From Oscillospiraceae bacterium (GTDB lineage: Bacteria; Bacillota; Clostridia; Oscillospirales; Oscillospiraceae): a stretch of 19,024 nt of DNA. Both the position numbers and the translations under genes were made by a program. The notes beneath the pieces were generated by a model. That model was not told the DNA's origin. It saw only the letters and a program-made list of their open reading frames with translations, and made no database searches. This document shows, piece after piece, positions 1-7,525 of this stretch. Within the stretch, counting starts at the first letter, position 1. Each line of letters starts with the position of its first letter. Location of the stretch: assembly GCA_902766405.1 (NCBI GenBank), contig CACXDT010000118.1, positions 1 to 19,024 of the forward strand, given 5' to 3'.

Positions 1-2424
1 CTTGTGGCGGGCGCGGCATTCCGCCTGATCGGTCTCGCCATGACGCCCATCGGCGCGGCGGCGCTCGGCCTGACGGCACTGACGGCATTAGCTGTCGCCC
101 TGAAAGACCTGAGTGACAGCCGCTTTGCGGAGCAGTTCGGCAGCATGGAGCTGGACAGCGCGGCCCTCGCGGAGCACATCGGCAACATCGGCGAGGGCTT
201 CCGGGAGGCTTACAGCCAGGTTGACAGCTTCACGCAGGCCATGAACGAGGCTGTGCAGAGCTACGAGACTGCAAGCAGCACTTTCAGCGGTACGCTGCTG
301 ACGGATATGCTGACGCACGCGCAGCTCACAGAAACCGACAAGGCGAAGCTGACGCAGCTCGGCACGGACATGTTTACCGCCGTTCAGGAGGCGATCACCA
401 ACAGCACAGAGGCCAGCATAAGCTATTGGCAGACGCTTTTCGGCGGCGACGGCACCGCCGAATACGACCCGGCCTATCAGCAGATCATCGAGCTGACCAA
501 TCAGGCGTATGAGGACGCGATAGCACAGGCCGAAGGGATCAGCGAGGGCTTGCGTAACGCCATGACCAGCGCCTTTGCCGACGGTGAAATCAGTCCGGAA
601 GAGTATCAACAGATTCTCTCCTTTGCGCAGAGCTATAACGACGCCGTTGCGCGTGCAACGGCTGAAGCGCAGAGCGAAGAAGAATACGTCAAGATGCAAA
701 AATGGCTGCATCAGGCGCAAACGGCGAGCCTTGATGAAGTCCAGGAGCTGGCTCAGAGCGCGGCAGCAGAGCGTGACGCTATTCTGGCAGATCAGGAAGA
801 CAGATACCTGTCAGAGCGCTATCGTCTGCAATATCGCGGCGCTGACGAGGCTACGCTGGCCGCGGCAGATCAGCGCTACGCCGCGCAGCGGACACAGACG
901 GAGGCTGCCTACGACGATTTCTTGTTTACGCTATGGGACAGCCAAATCCGGCAGAGCGCCCAGGGTGCAAATTACGAATGGCTGTCCGGGATTGCCGGAG
1001 CGTACCTCAGTGGAGAACTGGCCGGCGACACAGCCCTCTCTATGATAACAAGCGAGCTGGGGAAAAGCGCCTATGCCGGGCAATCCGGTTTCTTTACATC
1101 TGGCACTGACCGCTCCCAGCTCGGCAAAATGATGGGCTTCTGGATCGACAGCATGGGCGGAGAACAGGCTGTTGGAGAACGCATTGCGTATTACGAGGAC
1201 AGCGGCAATCAGGCGATGGCTAACCGTCTCTACCAAATGTACGCAGCAGAGCAGCTTATCAATGGTTTCGAGCAGATTACGCAGACCGGGCGCGCGCCAT
1301 GGGATATAGCTGGATGGACGGGTGATTTCCACACGACCGGCCAGAACGACCACATTTACAGTGCGGTCAATCGCAGCGCGGCAGAAGCCGTATTCAGCGG
1401 TTACACTTCCGATTATTCAGCGGATGCAGCGCGGCGTACTGTGGACATTCTCGGCGGCGACGATGGGATTGTCGGCATGTTCTTCGACACGCTTGGCCGC
1501 GCTTCGACCGGCAGCGCCGCTATGAGCGAGCTCGACCGTGCGTGGAATGCTGTGCGAGGGAATGAGGCAGTCGAAGTCCGTAACATGGTTCAACGGCTTG
1601 CCGGCATCTATGATTTCGACGCCATCCTTGCTGACTTCGGCAACGGAAGTAAACTTGCCTCAGAATACAGCGGGTGGCGAAATGCCTATGCCGCATGGCA
1701 AGTAATGTATGGGATGACGGGAGAGCAAGCCGAAGCCTATCGTGTCTCTGTTATCCCGGAAGTTGACACCGCCGCTATTGAGGGGCAGATCAACCCGATT
1801 TCTATACCGATCACGCCCTATGTCGAGGGGACTGACGCGATGGAGGCCCTGCAAGATCAGGGCGTAGAGGTGAGCGTGAACGGCGACACCGGGCAGCTCT
1901 CCGCGACCATCGACGCCGAGGACGGACAAACGCTGCTCCAGTACGTCAGCGGCGACGCGACCGATCTTCACATGACGATCATGGACGAGGACGGGCAGAC
2001 GCTCCGCGAAAATGTGACGGGCAATCCCGCACAGTTGGAGAGCATCATCCGAAGCTATCAGGGCCGGACGATTACGCTTAATATCTCAGGCCGCCGACTG
2101 TTTGCTGAGGGCGGACGTGCTACAACAGCATCGACCTTCGGCGAGGCCGGGCCGGAATGGGCCATCCCGGAGGAACACAGCGAGAACACGGCGGCGCTGC
2201 TGAACGCAGCCCGCGCGGCATCTGGCTTTACCTGGCCTGATCTTCTCAGCCGCTTCGGCGGTATGAACGCAAACGCGAACAACACAACTACCCTTGTCTA
2301 CAGCCCTGTGATAAACGCGGCGGACGCGCGGGGCGTTGATTTGTCGCTACGTGAGGACAAGAAGCGGCTGGAAAAGTGGTGGGAAGAGAAGAAACTGCGC
2401 GACGCGATGGAGGTTTACTCATGA
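1..2424 (+). CDS. Tail tape measure protein, 5'-partial (continues upstream of window)
   Basis: The frame is open to the window edge: codon 1-3 precedes the listed GTG at 4. It spans at least 807 codons of Ala/Gln/Glu-rich helical sequence, with a hydrophobic stretch LIGLAMTPIGAAALGLTALTALAVAL. It lies immediately 5' of LysM and baseplate genes, the canonical tape-measure position. Its stop TGA (2422-2424) overlaps the next ATG (ATGA). Confidence 0.7.
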   Translation, partial: LVAGAAFRLIGLAMTPIGAAALGLTALTALAVALKDLSDSRFAEQFGSMELDSAALAEHIGNIGEGFREAYSQVDSFTQAMNEAVQSYETASSTFSGTLLTDMLTHAQLTETDKAKLTQLGTDMFTAVQEAITNSTEASISYWQTLFGGDGTAEYDPAYQQIIELTNQAYEDAIAQAEGISEGLRNAMTSAFADGEISPEEYQQILSFAQSYNDAVARATAEAQSEEEYVKMQKWLHQAQTASLDEVQELAQSAAAERDAILADQEDRYLSERYRLQYRGADEATLAAADQRYAAQRTQTEAAYDDFLFTLWDSQIRQSAQGANYEWLSGIAGAYLSGELAGDTALSMITSELGKSAYAGQSGFFTSGTDRSQLGKMMGFWIDSMGGEQAVGERIAYYEDSGNQAMANRLYQMYAAEQLINGFEQITQTGRAPWDIAGWTGDFHTTGQNDHIYSAVNRSAAEAVFSGYTSDYSADAARRTVDILGGDDGIVGMFFDTLGRASTGSAAMSELDRAWNAVRGNEAVEVRNMVQRLAGIYDFDAILADFGNGSKLASEYSGWRNAYAAWQVMYGMTGEQAEAYRVSVIPEVDTAAIEGQINPISIPITPYVEGTDAMEALQDQGVEVSVNGDTGQLSATIDAEDGQTLLQYVSGDATDLHMTIMDEDGQTLRENVTGNPAQLESIIRSYQGRTITLNISGRRLFAEGGRATTASTFGEAGPEWAIPEEHSENTAALLNAARAASGFTWPDLLSRFGGMNANANNTTTLVYSPVINAADARGVDLSLREDKKRLEKWWEEKKLRDAMEVYS

Positions 2425-2654
2425 ATCTGACAGGACAGGTCTATCTATGTAGCGCAGGGGAGACCTTCGACAGCGTGGCTCTCACACTTTACGGGGAAGA
2501 GGCCTATGCTGCCGACCTGCTGAATGCGAATCCCTCCTTATGCAGAAAACCGGTTTTCACCGGTGGAGAGGTTTTGGCTCTTCCAATTGTGGAAATCGTG
2601 GAGAACACAAGCGGAAATACCTATATGCCAGCAAAGGCGCCGTGGAAGGAGTGA
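2421..2654 (+). CDS. LysM-like tail protein (P2 gpX / PBSX XkdP-like)
   Basis: ATG at 2421 sits 8 nt after GGAGG, so the listed 2376 start (inside the tape-measure gene) was rejected. The sequence YLCSAGETFDSVALTLYGEEAYAADLLNANPSL...GGEVLALP fits the LysM/gpX pattern (GDTLD..a...YG....vL.aNP.L......G..l.lP). Confidence 0.7.
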   Translation: MNLTGQVYLCSAGETFDSVALTLYGEEAYAADLLNANPSLCRKPVFTGGEVLALPIVEIVENTSGNTYMPAKAPWKE

Positions 2655-2660
2655 TTACAT

Positions 2661-3350
2661 ATGGCCGAGATCGGCCGCTGGTCGAGCCTGACTTTTCTCG
2701 TCTCAAGCGGAACTGTTCGCAGCTTCGACGGCTTGACTGTTGAGGGCAGCGTAGAGACCAAGGATGTGACGAATGACAGCATAAAGTATGTGGAGAACGT
2801 AGCCAGGCAGCCTACCGAGGTCAGCCTGTCTGTGCATCTGGACGCGCGTCTCGGAAGCGATGTGCGCGACCTTGCTACTACGCTCGTCAGCTATGCCACC
2901 TGGGGGCAGGAGGATTATTTTTATATCGCCAGGAAAAAGCTGGTGCCTTATCGACTGAAGCTTGTAAAGGCGACTGTTAATAAAGTCCAACTGGCAGGGG
3001 ACGGAACATGGATCTGTTGCGATGTACAAATGCAGATGAAACAGAGCGGGATGCCCGACGACTGGACGGCTCAGCCGCCCGCGGCTCCGGCCAGCGGCGG
3101 GAGCAGCCCAAGTGTCACATATCCTGCAGCGCCTAAGTCTCAAAAGCAGACGGTGGCACCGGCAAAATCAACAGCTGCGGCAACTGTTGCGTCTACTTTG
3201 AGCAGTGTCGTTAAGACCGGCGTTTCCAAAGCGCTCACAGCCATAAAAAAAATAGTGACAACCGCGAAGACGGCATCTAAAAGCAAGATCCCGGTTACTA
3301 TCAAAGCTGGTTCAGGCGGCGGCGGGAAAAAGTATATGCCGCTGAATTAG
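2661..3350 (+). CDS. Tail/baseplate-hub-position protein, function unassigned; low-complexity Ala/Ser/Thr/Lys C-terminal tail
   Basis: 229-aa ORF with ATG 6 nt after the previous stop. It occupies the slot between the LysM protein and the gp25-like protein, where XkdQ/gpD-type hub proteins sit, but I recognise no motif. The C-terminal ~90 aa are low complexity (PAAPASGGSSPS...KTASKSK...GSGGGGKK). Confidence 0.6.
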   Translation: MAEIGRWSSLTFLVSSGTVRSFDGLTVEGSVETKDVTNDSIKYVENVARQPTEVSLSVHLDARLGSDVRDLATTLVSYATWGQEDYFYIARKKLVPYRLKLVKATVNKVQLAGDGTWICCDVQMQMKQSGMPDDWTAQPPAAPASGGSSPSVTYPAAPKSQKQTVAPAKSTAAATVASTLSSVVKTGVSKALTAIKKIVTTAKTASKSKIPVTIKAGSGGGGKKYMPLN

Positions 3351-3358
3351 GAGGCACT

Positions 3359-3667
3359 ATGGCGAGATATCAAATTGACAATGTTGCGTCCCCTATTGAC
3401 TTTCAGGAGAGCAACATTGTAATGCGCACGCTTCAAAACGCCAAAAATCTGCTGATGTGCCAGATGGGTGAAGTGCCATACGACCGATACCGGGGCTTTG
3501 ATCCGGCGCTGTATGACCTCCCGATTGACGAGTTTCGGGAACAGCTCTTGCCGGAGCTTGACAGAGTGATGATGTGGGAACCTGACGTTGAAGTAGTTGA
3601 CGCCGAGGCAACGCTACTCGGCAATGGCGAAATCTACATCAAGGTCATTCTTGAATTACCGTTTTAG
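3359..3667 (+). CDS. Baseplate wedge protein, gp25 / GpW-like
   Basis: 102 aa with AGGAGG-type RBS (taggagg) upstream. MGEVPYDRYRGFDPALYDLP and WEPDVEVVDAE...GEIYIKVILE match the GPW/gp25 pattern (GE.p..p.fG ... EPR..v..v ... g.l.i.i). It lies directly 5' of a baseplate J gene. Confidence 0.7.
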   Translation: MARYQIDNVASPIDFQESNIVMRTLQNAKNLLMCQMGEVPYDRYRGFDPALYDLPIDEFREQLLPELDRVMMWEPDVEVVDAEATLLGNGEIYIKVILELPF

Positions 3668-3678
3668 GAGGCGCTGAT

Positions 3679-4773
3679 TTGGACAATACCGAGCTGCATT
3701 ATCTGACCTACAGCGTAGACGAAATATGGGAACAGATAATACTTAACTATGTAGCCGCCGGTGGAGATATCCTTTATCCGGGCGACGAAAAAGAAATCCT
3801 CCTGCGCGGTGTACAGGCGGCTATCGTTCAGGCTTTCGCCTGTGTTGAAAATGGTCTGTGTATGCAGACGCTGCGCTGCGCGGTCGGAGAATATCTGGAC
3901 GTCCTCGGTGAGCAACGGAGCTGCCCGCGCATTGAAGCAACAAAGGCCCGCGCGGCCGTGACGATCACGACGAACGCCACCGGACAGACGGGCACGCTGG
4001 AAGCAGGCACAACCATGACCGCCGATGGCGAGCTGTACTATGAACTGCTGGAGGACTTCACCATTACCGGATATCAACAGACGGCAACGGTCGAGGTCGA
4101 GGCTGTGCGCGCGGGAAGCGCCGGGAACGGCCTGCTTGCCGGTGTGCAGATGCAACTGGCTGTAACTAACTCGGCAATCTACAGCATCCTTTCGGCGTCC
4201 GACGCCAGCGGCGGCAACGAACGAGAGGAGGACGAGACTTACCGCGATAGGATCCGCGAATACGGGCTTGCCAGTATCTCAACCGGGCCGAAGCGCCAGT
4301 ACGAGGCGGCGGCCAAGGCTGTCAGCAGCGAGATTCTGGACGCCAAGGCACTGAATTTAGGCGCCGGGGAGGTGGGAATCTACCTGATTCTCGCAAGCAA
4401 TTCGGGTGCAGCGGCCATCTTGCAGGCCGTAGAGGAGGCTCTTTCCGCCGAGAATGTGCGCCCCCTAACCGACAATGTTACTGTTCATCGCGCGGTTGAT
4501 GTGCCCTATACACTCAACGTACAGTACCGGGCGGACAGCAGCAGTGCCACCAGTACGGCAATTGCCGAGGCCGTCAGGAACTATCAGGAATGGCAGGACA
4601 GCGTAATCGGCAGGGCTTTTAATCCCGACCGTCTGATGGCCGTCATTTACCAGGCGGGCGCTACGCGCGTCCTGTGGGGCGAGGGGAGCACGTTTGACGG
4701 CGGAGCGGTCAAATACACCGAGATCGACGCGACGCAACGGTGTACAGGCAGCATCACGCTCCAAACCATTTGA
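3679..4773 (+). CDS. Baseplate J-like protein (P2 gpJ / T4 gp6 / XkdT-like)
   Basis: 364 aa with a TTG start 7 nt after AGGAGG (3666-3671). The motif SGGNEREEDETYRDRIRE is the typical Baseplate_J signature (GG.d.Esd..lR.R). Size and position between the W-like and I-like genes both fit. Confidence 0.8.
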   Translation: MDNTELHYLTYSVDEIWEQIILNYVAAGGDILYPGDEKEILLRGVQAAIVQAFACVENGLCMQTLRCAVGEYLDVLGEQRSCPRIEATKARAAVTITTNATGQTGTLEAGTTMTADGELYYELLEDFTITGYQQTATVEVEAVRAGSAGNGLLAGVQMQLAVTNSAIYSILSASDASGGNEREEDETYRDRIREYGLASISTGPKRQYEAAAKAVSSEILDAKALNLGAGEVGIYLILASNSGAAAILQAVEEALSAENVRPLTDNVTVHRAVDVPYTLNVQYRADSSSATSTAIAEAVRNYQEWQDSVIGRAFNPDRLMAVIYQAGATRVLWGEGSTFDGGAVKYTEIDATQRCTGSITLQTI

Positions 4774-4785
4774 GGAGGCGGCGAC

Positions 4786-5682
4786 ATGTTTCAATTTCGC
4801 TGCGAGGATTGGGTGCCGCAATTTATCCTGAACGACAAGAACGGCTACGCCCTCGCAAAAGCGATCGAGGCGGCGATACAGTACATGAATGACAAGGTTC
4901 AGCAGGGCTTCGACTGCCTTGTGAACTGTGACACAATGCCGGAGTGGCGGCTTGATGAACTGGCCTGGGAAACGAACTGCCTGTATGACTACAGCGCCGA
5001 TGTGGAAACAAAACGCCGGTGGATCAAAGACGCGATTCCGCTATACCGCTTGTACGGAACACCGCAGGCAGTCTATCAGTTCATCGGCAGCTATTTCGAT
5101 GATATCGACCTTGAAGAAAGCTGGATCTACGACGGCGAGCCCTACCACTTCCGCGTAACGGTAGACGGCAAGTGGACGCCGGAAAATGAGGCATGGGCGC
5201 GCCGGGCCATCGCCACGGCAAAGAACGTGCGCAGTGTGCTCGACAGCCTGCGCATAGGGCAAAAATGCTTTATCGGAATCACGGCGGAAGGAAAGGTTTA
5301 CGGGCGCTTCACCTACCCCATGACCGGCCCGGAAAATTGGGCCGGGCGCTGGCCGCTGGAAGCTACACTGGCCCATATCGACAAGACCGGTGCTGCTGCC
5401 GTGCAGGCGGAGGCGACCGGCCATACTTTCCCCTACCCGGTGGCGGGAACGCGCCCGGAAATCAACACCCTCGGCCGAACCGCCGAGGCGCAATCCGGCG
5501 TAACGGGCGACGCTGCGCCCTATCACTTCCTATATCCCGTCACGGGAGAGGAGCAGCGAGCGGGCACGGTTCCGCAGGAAAGCACCCTGGGAGCCCTTGA
5601 CAAGAAAGGCATCGAAGCCGCGCGGTCAGAAGATCTCTACGCGCGGATTATCTACAAGCTGTGCGGCCAAGATGAAATCTAA
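4786..5682 (+). CDS. Tail protein I-like baseplate protein (P2 gpI / XkdU-like) with repeat-containing C-terminal extension
   Basis: 298 aa with a GAGGAGG RBS. The N-terminal 130 aa (MPEWRLDELAWETNCLYDYSADVETKRRWIKDAIPLYRLYGTPQAV...YHFRVTV) fit the Tail_P2_I pattern (L..LA.e....w......kR..i......yr.kGT..a). Residues ~175-283 form three FxYPxxG...TLG repeats. Confidence 0.7.
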   Translation: MFQFRCEDWVPQFILNDKNGYALAKAIEAAIQYMNDKVQQGFDCLVNCDTMPEWRLDELAWETNCLYDYSADVETKRRWIKDAIPLYRLYGTPQAVYQFIGSYFDDIDLEESWIYDGEPYHFRVTVDGKWTPENEAWARRAIATAKNVRSVLDSLRIGQKCFIGITAEGKVYGRFTYPMTGPENWAGRWPLEATLAHIDKTGAAAVQAEATGHTFPYPVAGTRPEINTLGRTAEAQSGVTGDAAPYHFLYPVTGEEQRAGTVPQESTLGALDKKGIEAARSEDLYARIIYKLCGQDEI

Positions 5683-5702
5683 GCGAAGGAGGAAAAAGCA
5701 GA

Positions 5703-6062
5703 ATGGCGGATGTGTTCACGCTGGATAGTGCATACCTCGCTGCCAAGCGGCAAGAAATCAAGAATGATATCGCCTATGCCCGCTATAAGGTGGGGAGCAC
5801 CTGGTACAACGCCAGCATTCAGAACGCTACCGTTCTGAACGATGGCCGTGTGGAAGTGACTTTTCTGATCGACCATACCGTGAGCGGCAACATCACGGTT
5901 ACGGGCGTGGAACTGTACGACCACAACGGCGTCCGCATCGGGAGCCGGTCGGTTAGCATCCGACGAGCTGACGCGACGGAGGGCATTCTTTATGTGTGCC
6001 GCTTCAGCCTGTTTCAGATCGTGGAGAACACCAGCGGCTCCGGGGCGTATGACAAACTGTAG
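5703..6062 (+). CDS. Hypothetical tail-associated protein
   Basis: 119-aa ORF with an AAGGAGG RBS (5686-5692), co-oriented inside the tail module. No family recognised. Confidence 0.6.
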   Translation: MADVFTLDSAYLAAKRQEIKNDIAYARYKVGSTWYNASIQNATVLNDGRVEVTFLIDHTVSGNITVTGVELYDHNGVRIGSRSVSIRRADATEGILYVCRFSLFQIVENTSGSGAYDKL

Positions 6063-6082
6063 GAAGGAGGAGGCAAAAACCC

Positions 6083-6376
6083 ATGTCCTATAACGCAAGG
6101 ATCAACTGGAAAGACCATGTTGTTGAGAGGCCCCGGACTTACACCGAGAGCGTCAACAGCGACGGCAGCAAGACCTACATCCCCGCACCGGGCGAGGTCA
6201 TCCAGCAGGGAACGCCGCAGAGCGCGACCAACTTCAATGCCATGGAGGAGGCGCTGCAGCACATCTGCATTGCGTATGATATGCTGCTGACCATCGGCCA
6301 GGCGGAGCTTCGGAGCGCAAAGGCAGAGATCGAGACCCTGAAAGCCCAGGTGGCAGCACTCGGAGGTGAAAGCTGA
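6083..6376 (+). CDS. Short tail-fibre-like protein (conserved fibre N-terminal module plus coiled coil)
   Basis: 97 aa with a GGAGGAGG RBS. INWKDHVVERPRTYTE...GEVIQQGTPQSATNFNAMEEAL resembles the N-terminal module I recall from Firmicutes myophage tail-fibre proteins (NWKD...GTP.sA.N.N.mE). The C-terminus is a heptad coiled coil ending ALGG. Confidence 0.55.
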   Translation: MSYNARINWKDHVVERPRTYTESVNSDGSKTYIPAPGEVIQQGTPQSATNFNAMEEALQHICIAYDMLLTIGQAELRSAKAEIETLKAQVAALGGES

Positions 6377-6573
6377 TGGACGAGTTCAAAATCGTAAAAA
6401 GCGGCGGCGGGAGAAGTGAGGATGAAAACCGCTCCGACGTGCTGATTAAGAAAGCAAGCGTAGTAAACAGCCTGCCGGACTATCTCGCACCGGGCAGCAC
6501 AGCCTACACCGCCGACATGAGCTATATCGCTACAAAAGACCTCGACGGTTCATGGAAGCAGATTGGAGGCTGA
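6376..6573 (+). CDS. Hypothetical tail-module protein
   Basis: 65-aa ORF whose ATG overlaps the previous stop (ATGA-type, gctgATGg), consistent with translational coupling. No family recognised. Confidence 0.5.
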   Translation: MDEFKIVKSGGGRSEDENRSDVLIKKASVVNSLPDYLAPGSTAYTADMSYIATKDLDGSWKQIGG

Positions 6574-6577
6574 CGCG

Positions 6578-6877
6578 ATGGATATGCCTACCCTCGGCGC
6601 GGCCATTGCCTTTGCTAAAAAACTTGTGTCCGGCGCAACGGAAGCTGCGGCACGCGCGAACGCAGCAGCAGCGGCAGCGGAAACCGCAGCCACCAAGGCC
6701 AACAACGCAGCCGCAGCGGCGAACACTGCGGCCAGCGGCTATGCCAGCCTGAACGAGTTCGAGATCCACGACCGGCACGCGCTGAATCTCTTGTACACGA
6801 CGACACAAGCGGAGCTTCGGGACAAGGAAAAGAGAATCGCCGCACTGGAGGCCAAGGTCAAGGCCCTGGGCGGCTGA
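6578..6877 (+). CDS. Ala-rich coiled-coil protein (tail-fibre associated)
   Basis: ATG at 6578 lies 8 nt after GGAGG (6565-6569), so the listed TTG at 6563 was rejected. It has a poly-Ala/Asn helical core. The C-terminus AELRDKEKRIAALEAKVKALGG is paralogous to the C-terminus of the 6083-6376 product. Confidence 0.6.
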   Translation: MDMPTLGAAIAFAKKLVSGATEAAARANAAAAAAETAATKANNAAAAANTAASGYASLNEFEIHDRHALNLLYTTTQAELRDKEKRIAALEAKVKALGG

Positions 6878-6914
6878 GGCCACCGGAAACCAAGAACGAT
6901 AGGAGGACTACCCC

Positions 6915-7112
6915 ATGGATGAAAACGAGATCCTGAGCCCCGAGACCCCGGATTTCGACCCGGAGTATTGGGAACGGAAGCGCCGCGAGGAGCAGGAGGC
7001 GCAGCTTGCCCCCTTCCGCGCTCTGCGCGCGCAGCTTAACGAGCACGACGACCTGATGGCCGAAGCGCTTTATGAAATTACGCTCCTTGAAATGGGAGCA
7101 GAGGAGGGCTAA
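6915..7112 (+). CDS. Hypothetical acidic protein
   Basis: 65-aa ORF with a TAGGAGG RBS 8 nt upstream, co-oriented in the tail module. Confidence 0.55.
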   Translation: MDENEILSPETPDFDPEYWERKRREEQEAQLAPFRALRAQLNEHDDLMAEALYEITLLEMGAEEG

Positions 7113-7115
7113 ACA

Positions 7116-7277
7116 ATGGCTTACAATCTGATGCACCGTATCATCACCACCGCAAAGAAAGAGGGAACCATCGGCGAGAAAAAGGCCGGTATCATGGACA
7201 AGCTCGATGCCTTTCTGGCGGCCGACCGTCTCACGGCGGAGCAGTACAGGGAGCTTGTCGCGCTGATCGACGCATGA
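7116..7277 (+). CDS. XkdX-like small phage protein, copy 1 (below the ORF-track size cut-off)
   Basis: Hand translation gives MAYNLMHRIITTAKKEGTIGEKKAGIMDKLDAFLAADRLTAEQYRELVALIDA* (53 aa). The GAGGAGGG RBS lies 7 nt upstream. It is a clear paralogue of 7358-7525 and resembles the XkdX pattern (...fl....IT.eeY.el). Confidence 0.65.
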   Translation: MAYNLMHRIITTAKKEGTIGEKKAGIMDKLDAFLAADRLTAEQYRELVALIDA

Positions 7278-7357
7278 GCGCCCTCGCCACCCGCCTCGCC
7301 GGGTGGATCATCAACCGACGTTTTCAACACGATCTTTCAAGATTGGAGGAATACACC

Positions 7358-7525
7358 ATGACCTATAAACTGATGAAGCGCATCATCGAAAACGGCCTCA
7401 AAAAAGGGAACCTTGACCGCGAGGCCACCTTGCAGAAGCTCGATGTGTTCCTGATGGCCGACCGGATCACGGTCGAGGAGTACCAGGAGCTCGTCGAAAT
7501 GATGGGAGGCGCGGACGATGAATAA
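7358..7525 (+). CDS. XkdX-like small phage protein, copy 2
   Basis: ATG at 7358 lies 7 nt after GGAGGA (7345-7350), so the listed 7274 start was rejected. MTYKLMKRIIENGLKKGNLDREATLQKLDVFLMADRITVEEYQELVE aligns with copy 1. Its 3' end overlaps the start of the DGR target gene. Confidence 0.7.
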   Translation: MTYKLMKRIIENGLKKGNLDREATLQKLDVFLMADRITVEEYQELVEMMGGADDE

